A DNA stretch of 60,018 bases from a virus (Duplodnaviria; Caudoviricetes), in IMG/VR virus record IMGVR_UViG_3300007513_000043, positions 1 to 60,018 of that record; one strand, written 5' to 3'. Within the stretch, counting starts at the first letter, position 1. Each line of letters starts with the position of its first letter. The notes beneath the pieces were generated by a model. It was not told where the DNA came from and did no database searches. It worked only from the letters and a program-made list of their open reading frames with translations. The position numbers and the translations under genes are program-made. Below, in pieces: positions 58,967 to 60,018 of the stretch.

Positions 58967-59239
58967 ATGGAATCAAAACAAATAAAAAGAGAGTTATGCT
59001 CTATTATGAGCAAGGTATGGATAGCGACTGGTATTAAAGATAGATACGAACCTTGTGATTGTATCTGTGACAAGAAGGGAAACACAGATGATTATATTCG
59101 TGTAGATGACGAAATAATAGAGTTTATAAAAGAGGCAGTAGAAGATAAAATATCAGACTTAGAGAGTGAGGCACAAGCAACACTCAACAGAATAAAGAGA
59201 GCAAATGAAGAAGATAAGGAGGAAAACAATGAAAAGTAA
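58967..59239 (+). CDS. hypothetical early protein
   Basis: GAGGAG RBS; PCDCIC. Confidence 0.7.
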   Translation: MESKQIKRELCSIMSKVWIATGIKDRYEPCDCICDKKGNTDDYIRVDDEIIEFIKEAVEDKISDLESEAQATLNRIKRANEEDKEENNEK

Positions 59240-59603
59240 ATTGCAATTAGAGGCGAGGGAAAGAATGGATAATGAATGGTTTACGATAAATGTACAGAGA
59301 CACCATATTATAGAAGGAATAAAAAATGATTGTATGGATTGCCCTATAGCATTAGCCCTAAGAGAAGAGATGTGTGGTAAGCATCTTGTAGCACAAGTTA
59401 TGGGAGCAGAAGAGGTTACACTAAGGACTAAAATGGATACTGATATTGTGTGGTCAGACATAAATATACACGAGGAAGACAAGCACTTATTAGATGACTT
59501 TATTAGTGACTTTGACAAAGGCTTATTAGACCACCATAGTGTCGACATAAACACAAGACTTTTTAGTTTTAGATGTCAATTAAAAGAAAAGGAAGGAGTG
59601 TAG
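59229..59603 (+). CDS. hypothetical early protein (start revised)
   Basis: AAGGAGG RBS; DCMDCPIALAL. Confidence 0.7.
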   Translation: MKSKLQLEARERMDNEWFTINVQRHHIIEGIKNDCMDCPIALALREEMCGKHLVAQVMGAEEVTLRTKMDTDIVWSDINIHEEDKHLLDDFISDFDKGLLDHHSVDINTRLFSFRCQLKEKEGV

Positions 59604-59605
59604 TA

Positions 59606-59932
59606 ATGAAATCAATAAAACAAGCTGGTAATAAAATAAGAGCAGTAAAGAGAATGCAGTCAGTGTATGACGTGACTGATAGAGTTAAGTATTTATTAAA
59701 TCATATGGAGGGATTATGTCAACCCGAATACGAAGAGATGTGTGATGCGTTGGATTGGGTTACTGAATGCCTTCTTAAAGAAAAAGTGAAAGCAGACGGA
59801 TTGAGAGACGAGATGATAAACTATGGACACGATGAAGATGTCTCTCACATCTGTAACGACACCTTCGTTAAAGAGTTATCACTTGCAGAATATCAAAAAC
59901 AGAGAGACCTTGAAAGGAGGGACGGAGAATGA
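59606..59932 (+). CDS. hypothetical early protein (start revised)
   Basis: AGGAG RBS; stop overlaps the ATG of ORF 30-215 in the circular genome. Confidence 0.7.
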   Translation: MKSIKQAGNKIRAVKRMQSVYDVTDRVKYLLNHMEGLCQPEYEEMCDALDWVTECLLKEKVKADGLRDEMINYGHDEDVSHICNDTFVKELSLAEYQKQRDLERRDGE

Positions 59933-60018
59933 GTAAATCAATCAAGAATATTAAAAACATATCTCAATTAATAGATTATATAGGAATTGAAAGGGAAAAA
60001 TTCAACCCTATATCAGAC
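59900..60018. repeat. Terminal direct repeat, copy 2
   Basis: Identical to 1-119. Confidence 0.95.

Noticed and set aside
59900-60018. 119-bp terminal repeat as a biological DTR
   Set aside because: It cuts through coding sequence and its length matches a common assembler k-mer, so it is best read as circularisation overlap.
1-60018. Alternative genetic code or stop-codon recoding
   Set aside because: Standard code gives dense, intact ORFs up to 3272 aa, and TAA, TGA and TAG all serve as stops.
1-60018. Specific host assignment
   Set aside because: Strong AGGAG RBSs and TTGCAT/TATATT promoters argue against typical Bacteroidota and hint at another aquatic Gram-negative host, but the sequence alone cannot name it.

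Overview
This window is an apparently complete, circularly assembled tailed-phage genome of about 59,899 bp. Bases 1-119 repeat exactly at 59900-60018, most likely an assembly overlap. It is AT-rich and has a podovirus-like gene set. There are two transcription arcs. The + strand early/replication arc runs from about 56.6 kb across the join to 9.7 kb and carries ArdC-like antirestriction, peptide deformylase, many small ORFs, HTH/RHH regulators, a DUF1071/Sak-type annealing protein, SSB, a replication initiator, a Cas4-like nuclease, RusA, a lysyl-hydroxylase-like 2OG oxygenase and Nin-like genes. The - strand late arc runs from 55.6 kb to 9.7 kb and carries terminases, a 2OG-oxygenase moron, a P22-like portal, scaffold, major capsid, head/tail proteins, an M15 endolysin, a 3272-aa collagen-linked tail fibre and ejection proteins including a 3015-aa giant. 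I recognised no polymerase, helicase, integrase, methyltransferase, full tRNA or CRISPR array. The most notable observations are: (1) an HhH-GPD glycosylase-like domain, flanked by duplicated ~110-aa modules, inside the giant ejection protein; (2) an unannotated 49-aa antimicrobial-peptide-like ORF ending the late operon; (3) a mini tRNA-like fold in the early leader; (4) a TTACGTA box shared by six promoters; (5) a PLOD-like hydroxylase; (6) apparent GATC/CATG/CCWGG avoidance; (7) a purine-pyrimidine-alternating non-coding block upstream of terS. All family assignments come from motif recognition by eye, with no database searches.
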